A stretch of 64,000 bases of DNA from Podarcis pityusensis (lineage: Eukaryota), in NCBI GenBank assembly GCA_964106645.2, contig OZ067041.1. One strand, given 5' to 3'. Positions 25,985-38,199 of this stretch are shown here, piece by piece. The position numbers and the translations under genes are program-made. The notes beneath the pieces were generated by a model. The model did no database searches. It saw nothing but the letters and a program-made list of their open reading frames with translations, and was not told the DNA's origin. Numbering within the stretch: position 1 is the first letter of the stretch; the number at the start of each line of letters is the position of its first letter.

Positions 25985-26760
25985 GCAGTGCTGGGGCTAT
26001 CATTAGGCCAACGAGGCAGCTACTTAGGGTGCAGTCTTCAAAGGGGTGCAATACTGACTTCGGAGAGGAGCACTTTTGAAACCACTGAGATATCATCTTG
26101 GTAGTAGATATGATGCTTTAACAGAGTTCTTTAATGACACAAGTCTAAAAGCTTTATATGGAAATACTTCCCGAATTGCTGATGTTAGTTTGTGGTATCT
26201 TTTGTAACATGGCACAACATCCTTTTGGAAGTCAAGCTTACAAGCAAGCTATTACAAAACAAGGAAGGTGATTTAAATTTAGGTACAAGTCAATTGCAAG
26301 TGGCCAAGAATTACTTTGTGGGTTGAAGGTGTGATGAGTGTTTTCAACAAGTTTTGATAGATGCTACTGGGGTTGTAAAGGAGCTAGAAATACTACCAAA
26401 CTTTGAGACATAACAAGTTAGAAAAGGGAGAAAGAAATGGCAGTTTGAGTATGAGGCCCAAGAAAAAATACCACAAGATCCAAAGCAGAAATTAAAGTAT
26501 TCAAACTATACTGTCTTAGATAGGACCATACAATCTGCTGAAGAGAGACATTCCAACAGCTACAATATAATTTCCTATTTGGCTTCCTATACGGTATATA
26601 CAGTATTAACATAAAATCTGTTGAAGATGTACTTAAGGCCTGAAAGAATTTGGAGAAACCACTGGTGTGCAACAGAAACAAAGATATTATTGCTGAAGAG
26701 CTGTGCCATGAACTTACAGCAATAGTTTGAAGACTTCCAAAGTCCAGGGGTGATTCTGGC
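25985..26760 (+). pseudogene. Decayed hAT (Tip100/ZMYM1-like) transposase fragment
   Basis: From 26444: FEYEAQEKIPQDPKQKLK..VLDRTIQSAEER..FQQLQ..FGFLY, with frameshifts. Resembles hAT-Tip100 transposases. GC-rich hAT-like 5' end. Confidence 0.6.
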
Positions 26761-26989
26761 CTTAAACAATCTATCACATTTTTAACTGGAGGTATTGTTT
26801 TTGTTTGTTACTATGTTATATTGTATATGTGCTTTTATCTTGTAAACTGCCCTGTGATCCCTATGAATGGCAATGTAGAAAACAAACAAAGAAACAAAGA
26901 AACTCTGTTGCTGGAGGTCTAGGTGATCTCAGTGGCTAGGAGTGCCTTTTACGTGCATTGGATGGTAAAATAGCTACAGCTATTTCTAG

Positions 26990-27620
26990 AGTAGAAAAGG
27001 TTGACCACTGTCATTCACCTACTTGTAAGCTCCAGATTGGATTAATGCAATGTGGTCTACATGGAGCTGCCCTTGAGACTGACTTTGGGCTCTCAAATTT
27101 CAGCAGCACCCTGTGCAACACTAACATTTGGTTCCCTCACCCCCACCTCCTGTGCTCCATTCTACAACATTGCTTTCGTGTTCCCTGCAGGGCGGCATCT
27201 AGTGCAACCCCACCAGTCGTCCTACCATAGAACCACCTCTGAGCCGAGTCAGAAGCTGCAACTCGTGCAAAATGTGGCAGCTCAACTGCTCACTGGGGTG
27301 CAATGTTGCCATAATATTAAGCTGCTGCTGAAATAATTTCACAGGCTGCCTCATCTTCTACATCCCCAGCTGATCACTGTGCTCTGTAGGAGAGGGCACC
27401 CTGCGGATACTGTGTTATCAGGAGCTCTGTCGCACACAATGTCAGAATTGGGCCTTTAGTCTGGTGACACCTCACCTTTTGGCACTGGCTGCCATTGCAT
27501 ACCAGACAGGCACCTTCTTGACTGTCTTTCTGGTGTAGGTGAAAAATGTTTCTCTTTCTAAAAGCCTTCTTAAAAAAATTATCCCAGTTGGTATCTGCCA
27601 TGGATTTGAATTGATTTTAT
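26990..27620 (+). mobile_element. L2 LINE 3' fragment, interrupted by a short repeat (27085-27230)
   Basis: RLD*CN..LPL and QKLQLVQNVAAQLLTG motifs. Confidence 0.7.
27085..27230 (+). repeat. Short dispersed repeat family (copy 3 of 3), nested in L2
   Basis: CTCAAATTTCAGCAGCACCCTGTGCAACACTAACATTTGG. Confidence 0.65.
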
Positions 27621-27623
27621 GTA

Positions 27624-27849
27624 CAGTGGTACCTCAGGTTACAGACGCTTCAGGTTACAGACTCCGCTAACCCAGAAAGAGTGCTTCAGGTTAAGAACTT
27701 TGCTTCAGGATGAGAACAGAAATCGTGCTCCGGCGGCGCGGCATCAGCAGGAGGCCCCATTAGCTAAAGTGGTGCTTCAGGTTCAGAACAGTTTCAGGTT
27801 AAGTACGGACCTCCGGAACGAATTAAGTACTTAACCCGAGGTACCACTG
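27624..27849. mobile_element. Tc1/mariner MITE (uninterrupted copy)
   Basis: TA TSD. TIRs CAGTGGTACCTCAGGTTA / TAACCCGAGGTACCACTG. Internal TTCAGGTTA repeats. Same family as 56140-56423. Confidence 0.94.
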
Positions 27850-28995
27850 TACTTGGATGTTCTTGTTTTAGACTGTTTTGACTTTTTTAACTTTGTTTAT
27901 ATATAAGCAATTGTTTTTTATGTGTTACTTTATTTCACTTTGCAGATTGCATTGGGATACCTCATGGCAAGATAAATGAATGACTGAATGAATGTTGTTT
28001 TGGGTCCAAAGAGGATTTCTTCAGAAGTGATCTCACCACACCCCAAGGCTGCTGTGTCTGGTAAAGAGACATTGATCAACTCCCTGGCCCAGCTGGCTCT
28101 TCCCTGACTTCCATTTTTAATTAGCCATCAGAGGAAAGACTCCCCTGCTCCTTTTATCCAACATAGATTTGCAAGCATTTTGAGCAGGATTGTCTCAGGT
28201 TTGGCACACGATAACCAAAGACTGTCAAAGAAGAATGAGAATCTTATTTGTGTGTGGACATCTCATGCTGGCATCACACCTCAGATCATACAAAAAGACA
28301 AGGCCGCATTGCTCCCCAGCCCAAGAGCCTGCTTTGAAATCCTCCTGCTACATTCACGGGCAACAGACCAGAATATACTTTATTAAGGGTGCATGCTGCT
28401 TACAAGAATAAGAGGCACGCACAGTGTATCTTAGCCGTCCCCACATATTAAACATCAGTAAAGTTACATGTACACAATATACTTTTTTGTGATGCTGTCA
28501 TTTTTACATATTAACCTAGAGAATAGCTAAGCTGAAGCTATTTAGATTGTTTCAGGGTATTTTCAATAGGCAGAAAAATGCTTCCCATTTTCAGACAGAC
28601 TTAGCATTCCATATGGAAATGTTCACATTCATTTGCATTGCCCTAATTACTTTCAGCAATATGACCACAGAGCCTCATTTAGCTAGGAAGTGTTGCAGCA
28701 ACATCCCATTCACTGACTAACCCAGGAAAAAGCAAGAGCAGGGGCTAGGAGGGAGGGGTGACAGAAATAGCAGCTTCACACAGTCTAAGCCTTTATTTGG
28801 GAACAATTTCTATCCATTGAACTTCTCAGTTTTTCCCCCCTTATAAAAGTGGATCAGCCGTGTTTAACACACAACTCTATATTATATTTCACCTAACCAG
28901 AATCTTTAGGTTAATGGATAACAGTAGGCTTTCACTCTTGTCTAATGTTCCTAACCCTTCTTTTAGGCTTTATTAGCTTCTTTTGGATTCTTATG

Positions 28996-28998
<3 letters not shown>

Positions 28999-29026
<28 letters not shown>
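28999..29026. repeat. (AT)n microsatellite
   Basis: Read directly from the sequence. Confidence 0.95.
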
Positions 29027-30029
29027 TCTGTTTTAACTCCTTTTAGTGTTGTTGTTTTTAGATTTTAAATGATTTTAAAAGATTGTACCCCTCCCTCCTT
29101 TATGCTGGTCTACAACCATAATAAAGTGTTGTGTTGTGGACAATAGTAGTCACAGTTGTAGTAATAAATGATAACCATAATCAATGTCAGCATTTTCTGA
29201 GACAATGTAATCTCTCAACTCTTATTAGGAGATATGCTATTGCTACCCATAAGTATAACTGAGCCACAGATATGTTTATCAGAAAGATTATTTGCTCAGT
29301 GCAAACATCACTTTAATAAAACAAATGCAATACATTTCAACAAACAACCTTTGAAACAAAGGAAATGCAGACTGGGTGGGAAAGATCTGGTGGGAAAAGG
29401 CTACCACTCAAATATTTATAATAATGGGGAAAGCATCTTTTTTGTGCAGCCCCCCCAAGCCACCCAGGCACCTGCTTTGGCATTCTTCCTTTATATAACC
29501 AGAAAGGAAGACACACTTTTGTTCTGATGAAGTAGGACATCAAGTTAAAAGGGTTCAGAAATCTAAGATGCTGCTTACTTGCAGCATCCTTTCAGTGGGG
29601 CAACAGGCAGCAGAAAGCATGGAGCAAACGAAAATTTATCAGCCTGCCACTTCAGGAGCAGATTTTGGAAGGCCAGGAAGAACTGAGATATCTTTTAATT
29701 GCAGATATTGACAGAACAAATAATTCTAAATGAAAGTGCAGTTCCAAGGAATTATCATCCTCATAGTTCAGTGGATGGCTTTATCCAGTTTGGTGTACAT
29801 GGGGTCAATACACAAGAAGCAACACAATGTTTGCATTGCACATTAAGAATTAGAGCTTTGTTCAAAGACGCATGTCAATCACCTGTTGACTAGTGCTTGC
29901 ATGTGTGAATGAAACATCATGGAAGAATCCCCTTAAATGCAACTTTGACAGGAGAAGCTTACACCTTCAGCAGTGAATCAGCAAATGTGCAAAACCTGAG
30001 ATATAGTACAACCACTGCTACTACCACCA

Positions 30030-30030
30030 A

Positions 30031-30070
<40 letters not shown>
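30030..30070. repeat. (ATT)n microsatellite (tail of an L2-type element)
   Basis: Read directly from the sequence. Source of the poly-Ile ORFs. Confidence 0.95.
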
Positions 30071-30071
<1 letters not shown>

Positions 30072-30167
30072 GCATAAATACCCTGTCTTTCTCCCAAGTT
30101 TGGATTCTAGGCAGCTTGCAGCATCTTGAGAACATCATTATAAAACACAAAGTAATAAAACCAAACC

Positions 30168-30617
30168 TGTCAGGTGCTGGTGTGGTTGCTCGAGAGCAAA
30201 CAGTCAAGACTCCGACCTGTCTTTTCCAGGCTTTCTTCTTAGTGCAAACTATTTACAGTGAAGAGCGTCGTAAGTTCATGTCTGGCTCAATCACTAGCAG
30301 AATCTGGGAGTGGTCGGTCCTTCTACCTCCCCCAGCATAACAGTCACTTGACTCCCAACCTTCTCCTCCCCTCCCTGCGCCGAAACCTACTGCGCAGAAT
30401 GGGCGCTGGCAAAGGGGTACTTCCCTCCTCTCTGGTTTGCTCAGGCTCAGTGTCAAGGTTCTCCCTAGCATCCCCTGGTCCCTGCACCTCCTTTCCACTG
30501 GAGGTGGGGCTTCCCTCCTCGCCGGAGGAGGAACTGCTTCGCAAGATTTTCGGAGGTTCCCTATAACACAACTGCCCTTCCACCTCTCGCCTCTGAACTG
30601 ATGGCAGTTCCCTGACA
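30168..30617. mobile_element. Solo LTR (450 bp, probably Gypsy-type)
   Basis: Inverted termini TGTCAGG...CCTGACA. Perfect 5-bp TSD AAACC at 30163-67 and 30618-22. Inserted in an L2-type tail. Confidence 0.88.
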
Positions 30618-30789
30618 AAACCATTTAAATACAATAGTTTAAATACAATAAATGTAGAGTCAGCATTAAAATACCAAATACCCTGAGAGCAGCCCCGTTG
30701 CCAACAAAAACTGTACCTGGTTTTCAAATCCTGCCTCAGTAGGAAAGTCTTAGCCTGCCACCAGAAAGATAAACAAAGCAGATCCTCTA

Positions 30790-31260
30790 ACCCAAACAGT
30801 TATGGATCTACACTTACCCACTCTTATCCATGATTACACTTATTCAGGAATCTTTGGTGAGGGACTTTACCAAATGCTTTTTGAAAATCCAAGTACATAG
30901 CTTTAACTAGATCACCCATAAGCTTGTTGAAACTGTAAAAGGATAATGAGCCAAAGCCATGCTGGCTCTATTTCAGCAGGTCTTGTTCTTCCATATGTTT
31001 GATAATCCCATCTTTGGTTTCCGCCAGTTTCCCAGGAACAGACATTAAGGTAACTGCTGTGTAATTTCCTGGATGTTCCATGGAATTATTATATTATATT
31101 ATATTATATTATATTATATTATATTATTACATTACATTACATTACATTACATTATATTAGTGTTACAGTTGCCACTTTCCAGTTCTCAGGTGTGAAATCT
31201 GAGCAGATCAGCAATTTCCCATTTGAGTTCTCCTATGGATGCCATCTGGGCCTGCTGTGA
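30790..31260 (-). mobile_element. Old CR1 RT-region fragment
   Basis: Reverse reading gives YLDFQKAFGKVPHQR and NY..VTLMSVPGKL. Interrupted by a microsatellite. Confidence 0.65.
31086..31159. repeat. Compound pentanucleotide microsatellite (TTATA)n(TTACA)n
   Basis: Read directly from the sequence. Confidence 0.9.
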
Positions 31261-31344
31261 GATGTTCCCCAACAGTTGAACAACACTTACATTGATTATA
31301 GTGTTATCAAATTCAACATAAATATGTAAGTGGGCAATTGCCAA

Positions 31345-31510
31345 GAAATTGCCAACATAGTCACATTTGACTTCAAAAGAGGAAGCTTCACAATAATGAG
31401 GGGACTGGTAAAAAGGAAGTTGAAATGCAAAGTCAAGAGGGTCAGATCTCTCCAGAATGCTTGGGAATTATTCAAAACCACAATAATAGAAGCTCATCTA
31501 GAATGTAAAC
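31345..31510 (+). mobile_element. CR1 ORF2 fragment
   Basis: TFDFKRGSFTIMRGLVKRKLKCKVKRVRSLQNAWELFKTTIIEAHLEC is typical of the CR1 EN-RT linker. Confidence 0.7.
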
Positions 31511-31881
31511 TGCAAAATGTCCTTATGCTGGCCTTTTGTTTTTCTTTTTTAGGTTTGGGTATTTTAAAAGATTTTTATTGTGTTTTGAATTTCTTTTGGT
31601 GGTTATTTAATTTTGTAATCTGTATGCTGCTTTGTAGTGTGTTTTCGACTAGGATGCAAATTTTAATTTCACATCTACACATCTGTAAAAAAGGAAAACC
31701 TGCAGGCACTTTATAAGTTAATCACCCCTAGCACTGGGCTGTTATGTTCTTCCTCTTATGTCACTGTTACTGTTTATGCTGCTCTCCAGCCCAAGACCCT
31801 CAGAGTGTTTTACAAAAGAATGAAAATACATAAGAAAAACAGTAAAATAAAACTAAAACCAAATAAAAGACAGAAGTAATA

Positions 31882-32256
31882 GGTAAAGGTAAAGGTACCC
31901 CTGCCCATACGGGCCAGTCGTGTCCGACTCTAGGGTTGTGTGCCCATCTCACTTAAGAGGCCGGGAGCCAGCGCTGTTCGGAGACACTTCCGGGTCACGT
32001 GGCCAGCGTGACGAAGCTGCTCTGGCGAGCCGGCACCAGCGCAGCACACGGAGACGCCGTTTACCTTCCCGCTATAAAGCGGTACCTATTTATCTACTTG
32101 CACTTAAGGGTGCTTTCGAACTGCTAGGTGGGCAGGAGCTGGGACCGAAAGACGGGAGCTCACCCCACCGCGGGGATTTGAACCGCCGACCATGCGATCG
32201 GCAAGCCCTAGGCGCTGAGGTTTTACCCACAGCGCCACCCGTGTCCTGCGTCTATT
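31882..32256 (-). mobile_element. Sauria SINE, young CpG-rich subfamily, full length
   Basis: Tail variant CCCGTA.GGGCAGGGGTACCTTTACCTTT. 12-bp TSD ACAGAAGTAATA at 31870-81 and 32257-68. Confidence 0.93.
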
Positions 32257-32892
32257 ACAGAAGTAATATCAACCATCAAAGTTAAAAGTTAAATATTAAT
32301 GATTAAGAGTAAAAAGTAAACAGCAAATAAAGATCAGGAAAAGAGGAAAAATCAATTGTTATATAAAGTGTGATGGGAGAGAATTTTCTATTGTAGAATA
32401 TTCATATAAAATCCAGCCCTCCTTAGTATTTCACAACTGACTCCCCAAGAGCTCACATCTTCTCCTGGGTCCGGGCCCTGCTCTTAATTTCCCACAGACA
32501 CATTATATGACACCATAATGGTTGTTCAGATAACACTGGGTTAAAAAAGCAGAGCTCGAACTCCCATGGACTCTGTGGCACAGAGATTCTCCCTCACATG
32601 CACAACCAAGGTTCAATCTTTGCATACCTTCAAATGAACATACGGAGTTTAAAGAAGACATTTGCTGACACAATCCTATTCCTTTCCTCCACATTAATTT
32701 TATACACAACTATAGTATGAAACAGGGCCCCAGTGTTGAGGGGGGACAATGACGATTTTTACCCTGTTCGCCCCCAGACCCCTTTCCTCTAAAGACCCTG
32801 AATGCTCCAACCATCTTTGAACCCTAACTTCTCTATCCATTTTCCCTCAGGTCCCTAGCATAAAATGACATTCAGCCCCACAGTTTCCTTTC

Positions 32893-32953
32893 ACAGAATC
32901 ACAGAATAACAGAATTGTAGAGTTGGAAGGCATCACAAAGGTCATCTGCCCAA
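32893..32953 (-). mobile_element. CR1 3' terminus (short)
   Basis: CAGAAT repeats followed by TGTAGAGTTGGAAGG..GGTCATCT. Confidence 0.7.
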
Positions 32954-33084
32954 CAGCTTTGTTCCAGTCCTGCACATCTCCTCTGAGTTTCAGCGACATC
33001 ACAACAGGTTAGTCAACCGGCAGCAGGTTCAGGCTCACTCCCTGAAAACCAGTTTATATTCAGTGTATCACTGCATGCACAAGT

Positions 33085-33560
33085 TATGAAGGATTCTGAC
33101 AAGCAGGAAAGTGTGCAGCTGAGGGTGACCAAGATGATCAAGGGTCTGGGAAACAAGCCTTATGAGGAACAGTTAAGGGAGTTGGGTATGTTTAGCCTGG
33201 ATGATGGGAGACTGAGAGGAGTTATGATAGCCTGTTTCAAATATCTAAAGGACTGTCACATGGAAGTTGGAGCAAGCTTGTTTTCTCCTGCTCTGGAGGG
33301 TAGGGCCTGAACCAATGGCTTCAAGTTACAAGAGATGAGATTCTAACTAAACATCAGGAAAAACTTTTTGTCAGGAAGAGCTGTTCAACAGTGGAACAGA
33401 CTTCCTTGGAAGGTGGTGGACTCTCCTTCCTTGGAGGTTTTTAAGCAGACGTTGGATGGCCATCTGTCATGGAAGATCTGGTTGAGATTCCTGCATTGCA
33501 GGGGGTTGGACCAGATGACCCTCTGAGACCCTTTCAGCTCTACAATTCTATGATTCTGTG
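33085..33560 (+). mobile_element. CR1 LINE 3' fragment
   Basis: [33 protein letters not shown], followed by the CR1 3' UTR and ATTCTATGATTCT tail. Confidence 0.93.
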
Positions 33561-34258
33561 AACTGTTCATATCCAAAGCTTCAATGAGAGAAGTGGGGCT
33601 TCACCAACTTACTTTTTTCTACCATCAATATGTTCTCCACCACATCCAAATGCACGCACACACACTTAGCAGCACAGATTAGGGTTTGGTATGCTCTATA
33701 ATTTACTTTTTACTTTTTGTTAATTTAATTATAAATCAGGTTTTACTGTATGAAACGGTTACAAAGCATATGCTTAGCTCCTAATAAAATCAGAGATTCC
33801 CTTTGTCTGTCACCTCTTTGTAGAATAGGGAGGCAATGTGCAAGTTAAGACTCAGTGAACAGTTGGTGCTGTCTTCTGTAGAGATACATATCAGTCTCAG
33901 ATTTGCATTCTTACAGAGAAACAACAAACTAAACCCCATGAACTGTGTTAATTACTCTAAGCTTCATAAAATTATGAGTGAGAAAGCTAACAACAACAAA
34001 AAGAGTTATGCAATTTCACTGTGGGCCTCCCAAGCAGATCTTGTCAGTTTAATGTCTTTGTCACTCACATGATAATCCATGAATGGCATTTTTCTCCTAA
34101 GTGATATTTATTAAATGGAAAAAGCTCAAACACAGTGAAACAGCAGAGTGCTGTTTGCTTAAGCAATTCTGAATTGGTTTGTAGGTTACTGAAATGTAAA
34201 TCTACCCAAATTGCATTCATGTAAACAATTTGCCATTGATTTACTTCTGGAAAGGCTG

Positions 34259-34284
34259 GCAACAACAACAACAACAACAACAAC
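34259..34284. repeat. (CAA)n microsatellite
   Basis: Read directly from the sequence. Confidence 0.95.
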
Positions 34285-34569
34285 AGTTTTATTTAAGCTT
34301 TGAAAACAAGGAACAGAGGATACAAAGTAAACTTCAATGTACCAGCAAAACAGAAAGAAGAATAAAATCCCCACTACTCAAAGTGATTGCCCTGCCTCGT
34401 CTTATCCCAAGGGATCTCCCCCGCCCCCCAAGATTTTTATGAGTTTTTGGAGGATTCCATTTATGTTCCTTATTTATTGAATAAAACATTAACTGAAGGA
34501 GAAGGACTCAGTAATTAGAACATATTGTAATGCCAGCTGAGGGTTATAGGGAACAGTTTGTTCTGTGAT

Positions 34570-34827
34570 TATCCCCCCCCCCCCATTGAATGCTAAAAAT
34601 GCAAAAAAAGCATGTCACAAGTCTGTTTTGGGGTCCGCTGGTTGGTTTAATCCAGCCCCCCTGTGGAAGTTTAATCCTAAAGAAAGCTCAACAACCACAA
34701 CCTCAATTTTAAAGAAAGCTCAACAACTTTGGGGTAAAATCCTAAAAAAAGGTCAACTTTGGTTGGCCCTCACGGCCCTTCACTTCATCAAATCTGGCCC
34801 TCTTTGAAAAAAGTTTGGACACCACTG
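34570..34827 (+). mobile_element. hAT-type MITE 3' half
   Basis: Ends GGCCCTCTTTGAAAAAAGTTTGGACACCACTG, a Charlie-like terminus. Confidence 0.6.
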
Positions 34828-34831
34828 AACC

Positions 34832-35085
34832 GCACCACATATGATAAAATGCACCACCTGGGTCACACCCACTCCAGCATTAGGACCTTATTTGCAGATT
34901 AATTTTATGGCGTATGTGGGGTGTGAGAGACCATCTATGAAGAATCTTTATTTTCCCTTATCTTAGCCCAAATTGATCCATACCTTTTTCCATGCTTCCT
35001 GGTTAATTTTACAACCAATATTAGTTTCCCAGTGCTTCCAAATTACCCATCATTTCTTTGTATAAAGGATTATAAACCATTGAGA
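34832..35085 (-). mobile_element. L1-clade ORF2 relic
   Basis: CCACATATGATAAAATGCACC reads GAFYHMW in reverse (zinc-knuckle region), the same motif as at 57060. Confidence 0.5.
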
Positions 35086-35270
35086 GGATTGTGTTTTTGG
35101 TTTGTTTAGGCATATGTGATGCTTAGGACCAGGAAGGTCTGACAGCCTGGCCCTTCCCTGTCATATTTGAAGTGAAATTTATTACTTGATGAAGTTGTAG
35201 CTAATTAAGAAGAACAGTCCCCAGTTTATCTGAACCCCCATCATAGGTTTAACCCCTATATGCAAGTCTC

Positions 35271-35306
35271 TAAACAAACAAACAAACAAACAAACAAACA
35301 AACCAA
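35271..35306. repeat. (AAAC)n microsatellite
   Basis: Read directly from the sequence. Confidence 0.95.
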
Positions 35307-35744
35307 CCTTTCTGCTCCCAGACTACAAAATCCAATGTGTCCTTTAAAAAAATAAAAATAAAAGAGTGGTGCAGAAACACGAACAGCAGGGAGCAGGAGC
35401 AGGGAGCCATTCCCTACCCTCAGGTTTGCTTGAGCAAATGGGTTGCGAGAAGGCCCTCTAGCACCTTGGTTTGATGGGTCAAAGAGGATTTGTGTCTTGC
35501 TTCTCTCAAAAGGATCACATTCCATACTCAGGGGCCTTGAGGTGAATTCTGCATCAATAACAATGTGCTTTTCAAGCACAGAGCATCAAGATACCTCTTG
35601 AGGTTAGTTGGGTCCAGCCCTCCTTGAACCACTTCTTGATGGCTGCTCTAAGCCTTGATGTTTGCTCAGTGGATATAGCTGTTTAAAAGGTGTGGGTTTT
35701 TTGCAATTTCTGTAGGATTTTAATCTTTAACTTAATCTTTAATT

Positions 35745-37200
35745 ACATAGTCATCACCTGAAATAAAAATGAGAATTTGGAAGTAATCAACGTTTTTACT
35801 GCTGCTATCGTGCCAAGCCATGCCAAATGGATCTGGTCCAGTTTCGTAGGTCCTATTTGAGATTTAAGTAGACATCCAAAATGCAGTTTTGAAAGTTTAA
35901 AGTTTTTCTGTTCCATAACTCCCAGATGCTTTAAGAAGTTGGGGCAGGTTTTGAAGCCTAGCCCTTGCTTTAGTTGACTTGTAGGTTATGGGATGTTCTT
36001 ATGCAAAGCATTTCTGATTTAGTGCAGCGTATTTCTAATTCTGCTTGCCTCAGTAGCCTCTCAGAGATAACCTTGAGAGAATTCTCTATTACATTTTTAT
36101 TCAGAGAAAATTTATGATCTTCTCTCCATAGTTTCTCCCACACCTCCATGCTTATGTTCTTCCCAAGTCCACCTTATCATATAATCTTTCATTTGTTCCT
36201 GTTCACAATCATACTTTAACAACAGGTGATAGATCAGAAATAATTAGTGTTTATCTTTCTTCATGAGTATGTTTTCAAATTCTGTTAGTTCTATCAGTAC
36301 CACATTCTCCCTTAATACTATATTTCGGACTTGTAAATATTCATACCAATGTATCTTAGCATTACTCAATTCTTCTTTGACCACTGAAAATTGAATCATT
36401 GTTCCATTTTTAATCAGTTCTGTAACAGAATGAATCTCTCCCCCACCCCCAATATTTAAACCATAGTCCTGCTGGATTTCATCTATGGCTAGATGACGAT
36501 GAGAGGCTTCTGGACTTACTAATAGTTTATAAGAATCCTATTTTTGTAAACAATTAGATGCCAGAAAATTATTCTTAGCTTTATTATTCTTAGTTTGATT
36601 AGTTGTGGTCCACCAAAGAACCTTATGTAATGGTTTCTTAACTATCTGTTTCATATTATATTTTACTATCCTTTCTGTTAAAGAATTAACACAACTAGCA
36701 ATATAGTGCACTTTAACATTTGGTACTGACAAACCACCATTATCTTTCTCGTCATATAACACTTTGCCAGCTCCCTCCTTACTGCTGCCATCTCTGTGTC
36801 CCATGTGAGGGCTTCGGAGTGCTCATCTGAGTCATGACGGGAATAGTAATTAGGGATTCCTCTTTAATTTTATCCACTGTGGACATTCTTTGTAACAGTA
36901 TAGGGTTTAATCTCCATGTAATTAATTTATCAGGCCTTTTGTAATTTTAGTATTGTATTGACAGGGGCATGGTATGGAACCCTTAATAGACCAATATATG
37001 AGGGATGAGTATTTACAAGCCAGACAATAGAACTTGGCACATAGTTATCCTGGAGAAAAATGTAAAGCCCACCTTTGGATTAGCTTCCTTCCAAGCATCA
37101 ACAAATTCTCCTTTTAGTAGCATATCACTCAAACTTAACCCTTCACAGTCATGTGTCCTTCAACTTTGGGCCTCTGACCCAGTTCATATCCTCCCATCAA
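35745..37200 (-). mobile_element. L1-clade (L1/Tx1-like) LINE ORF2 fragments, decayed
   Basis: LYDEKDNGGLSVPNVKVHYIAS and HWYEYLQ motifs. Endonuclease-like TFFS and HAP.. motifs near 36960-37070. Confidence 0.65.
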
Positions 37201-37360
37201 AACCTTTCAGACTCTGGACTGCATATTAAAAAGAAGAAAAAGAAAGAAATCATCTTTGTTTCAGCTATGCAAGGAACCATTTGTGATTCTGACATCCCAA
37301 ATTATTCCTTTAATGAACTATCCGCCTCCTATCACCTTAGAAGTGTCAGTTGCATTTTTT

Positions 37361-38161
37361 GGGGCCAGTTCACAGTCCCTCAGACACTGTTGATGGTCGG
37401 ACTATAGTTTGAAAAAAATATGAACGAATTCCTATGCACACTGCACATATGATATTTTATATCACGAACATCATTGCTGTAGGGATGGACTGAACAGGAG
37501 GAAATGGTTTTTTCAAGGGAGGGATAGCTACATGGGCATAGCCAGGATTTATGGAAGGGAGGGCAGGCTTCATGTTGGGGGGGGGCAGGACCTCAGTTAA
37601 ATATTTTGATTGATTTACTTGATTTAGGTGGGGGGGGGCAGCTGCCCACAGATAGGTGCTGGGAGGGAATCTGCTGCCACCACCACAAACTCCCGCCCCC
37701 TCACCCGCAGGGTGGGATGGCGCTCCTTGCTCCTAGAGTTGCCCACGGCAGGGGTGGCAGTGGTAGCGGATTCCCACGGGCAGCTGAACGCAAGCGGGTG
37801 TAGCCCCAGGCTGGGGCAGGTCGTTGCCACCGCATGGGCTGATTGCTTTGGCTCCCGAGCCTTTGCCATACTTGCGATTGGAGCCGGGTCATCGGAGACC
37901 CCCGGGTCCACCTTTGCACAGCCCGGCGAGGCACACAATTAACAGTTCTGCACTCTCCCACCACCTCCGCTGCTTCATGCTTCGCAACTGCTCCCACGTT
38001 GCTGATATTGCTTGCAATAAGGCTTAAGGTCACACTTGCGCATGCAACGCCATACTTCCTTTCGCCTTAGACAGCAGCGGGTTCTGCAATTGCCGGGTGG
38101 GCCGGGTTCAGGACCCCGGCAGACCAGATCTGGCCCACAGGCTGTAGTTTGAGGACTCCTG
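37361..38161 (-). mobile_element. OC1/OposCharlie1-like hAT element (non-autonomous, one TIR lost, internal insert)
   Basis: Reverse terminus CAGGAGTCCTCAAACTACAGCCTGTGGGCCAGAT. Opposite subterminal segment GGGGCCAGTTCACAGTCCCTCAGAC..GGACTATAGTTT..GAATTCCTATGCACACTGCACATAT. Both match the recalled OC1-type consensus. Confidence 0.6.
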
Positions 38162-38199
38162 ATCTAAAATGTAGAGATCTTTCCTATTCTATTTGATTC

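Noticed and set aside
29909-30340. 143-aa ORF with poly-Ile, transmembrane-like
   Set aside because: Produced by the (ATT)n microsatellite plus L2/LTR sequence.
34230-34442. Poly-Gln ORF
   Set aside because: (CAA)n microsatellite with no supporting splice or coding context.
37606-38070. Overlapping GC-rich ORFs or a CpG-island promoter
   Set aside because: Lies inside a hAT element. Open frames on both strands reflect GC content.
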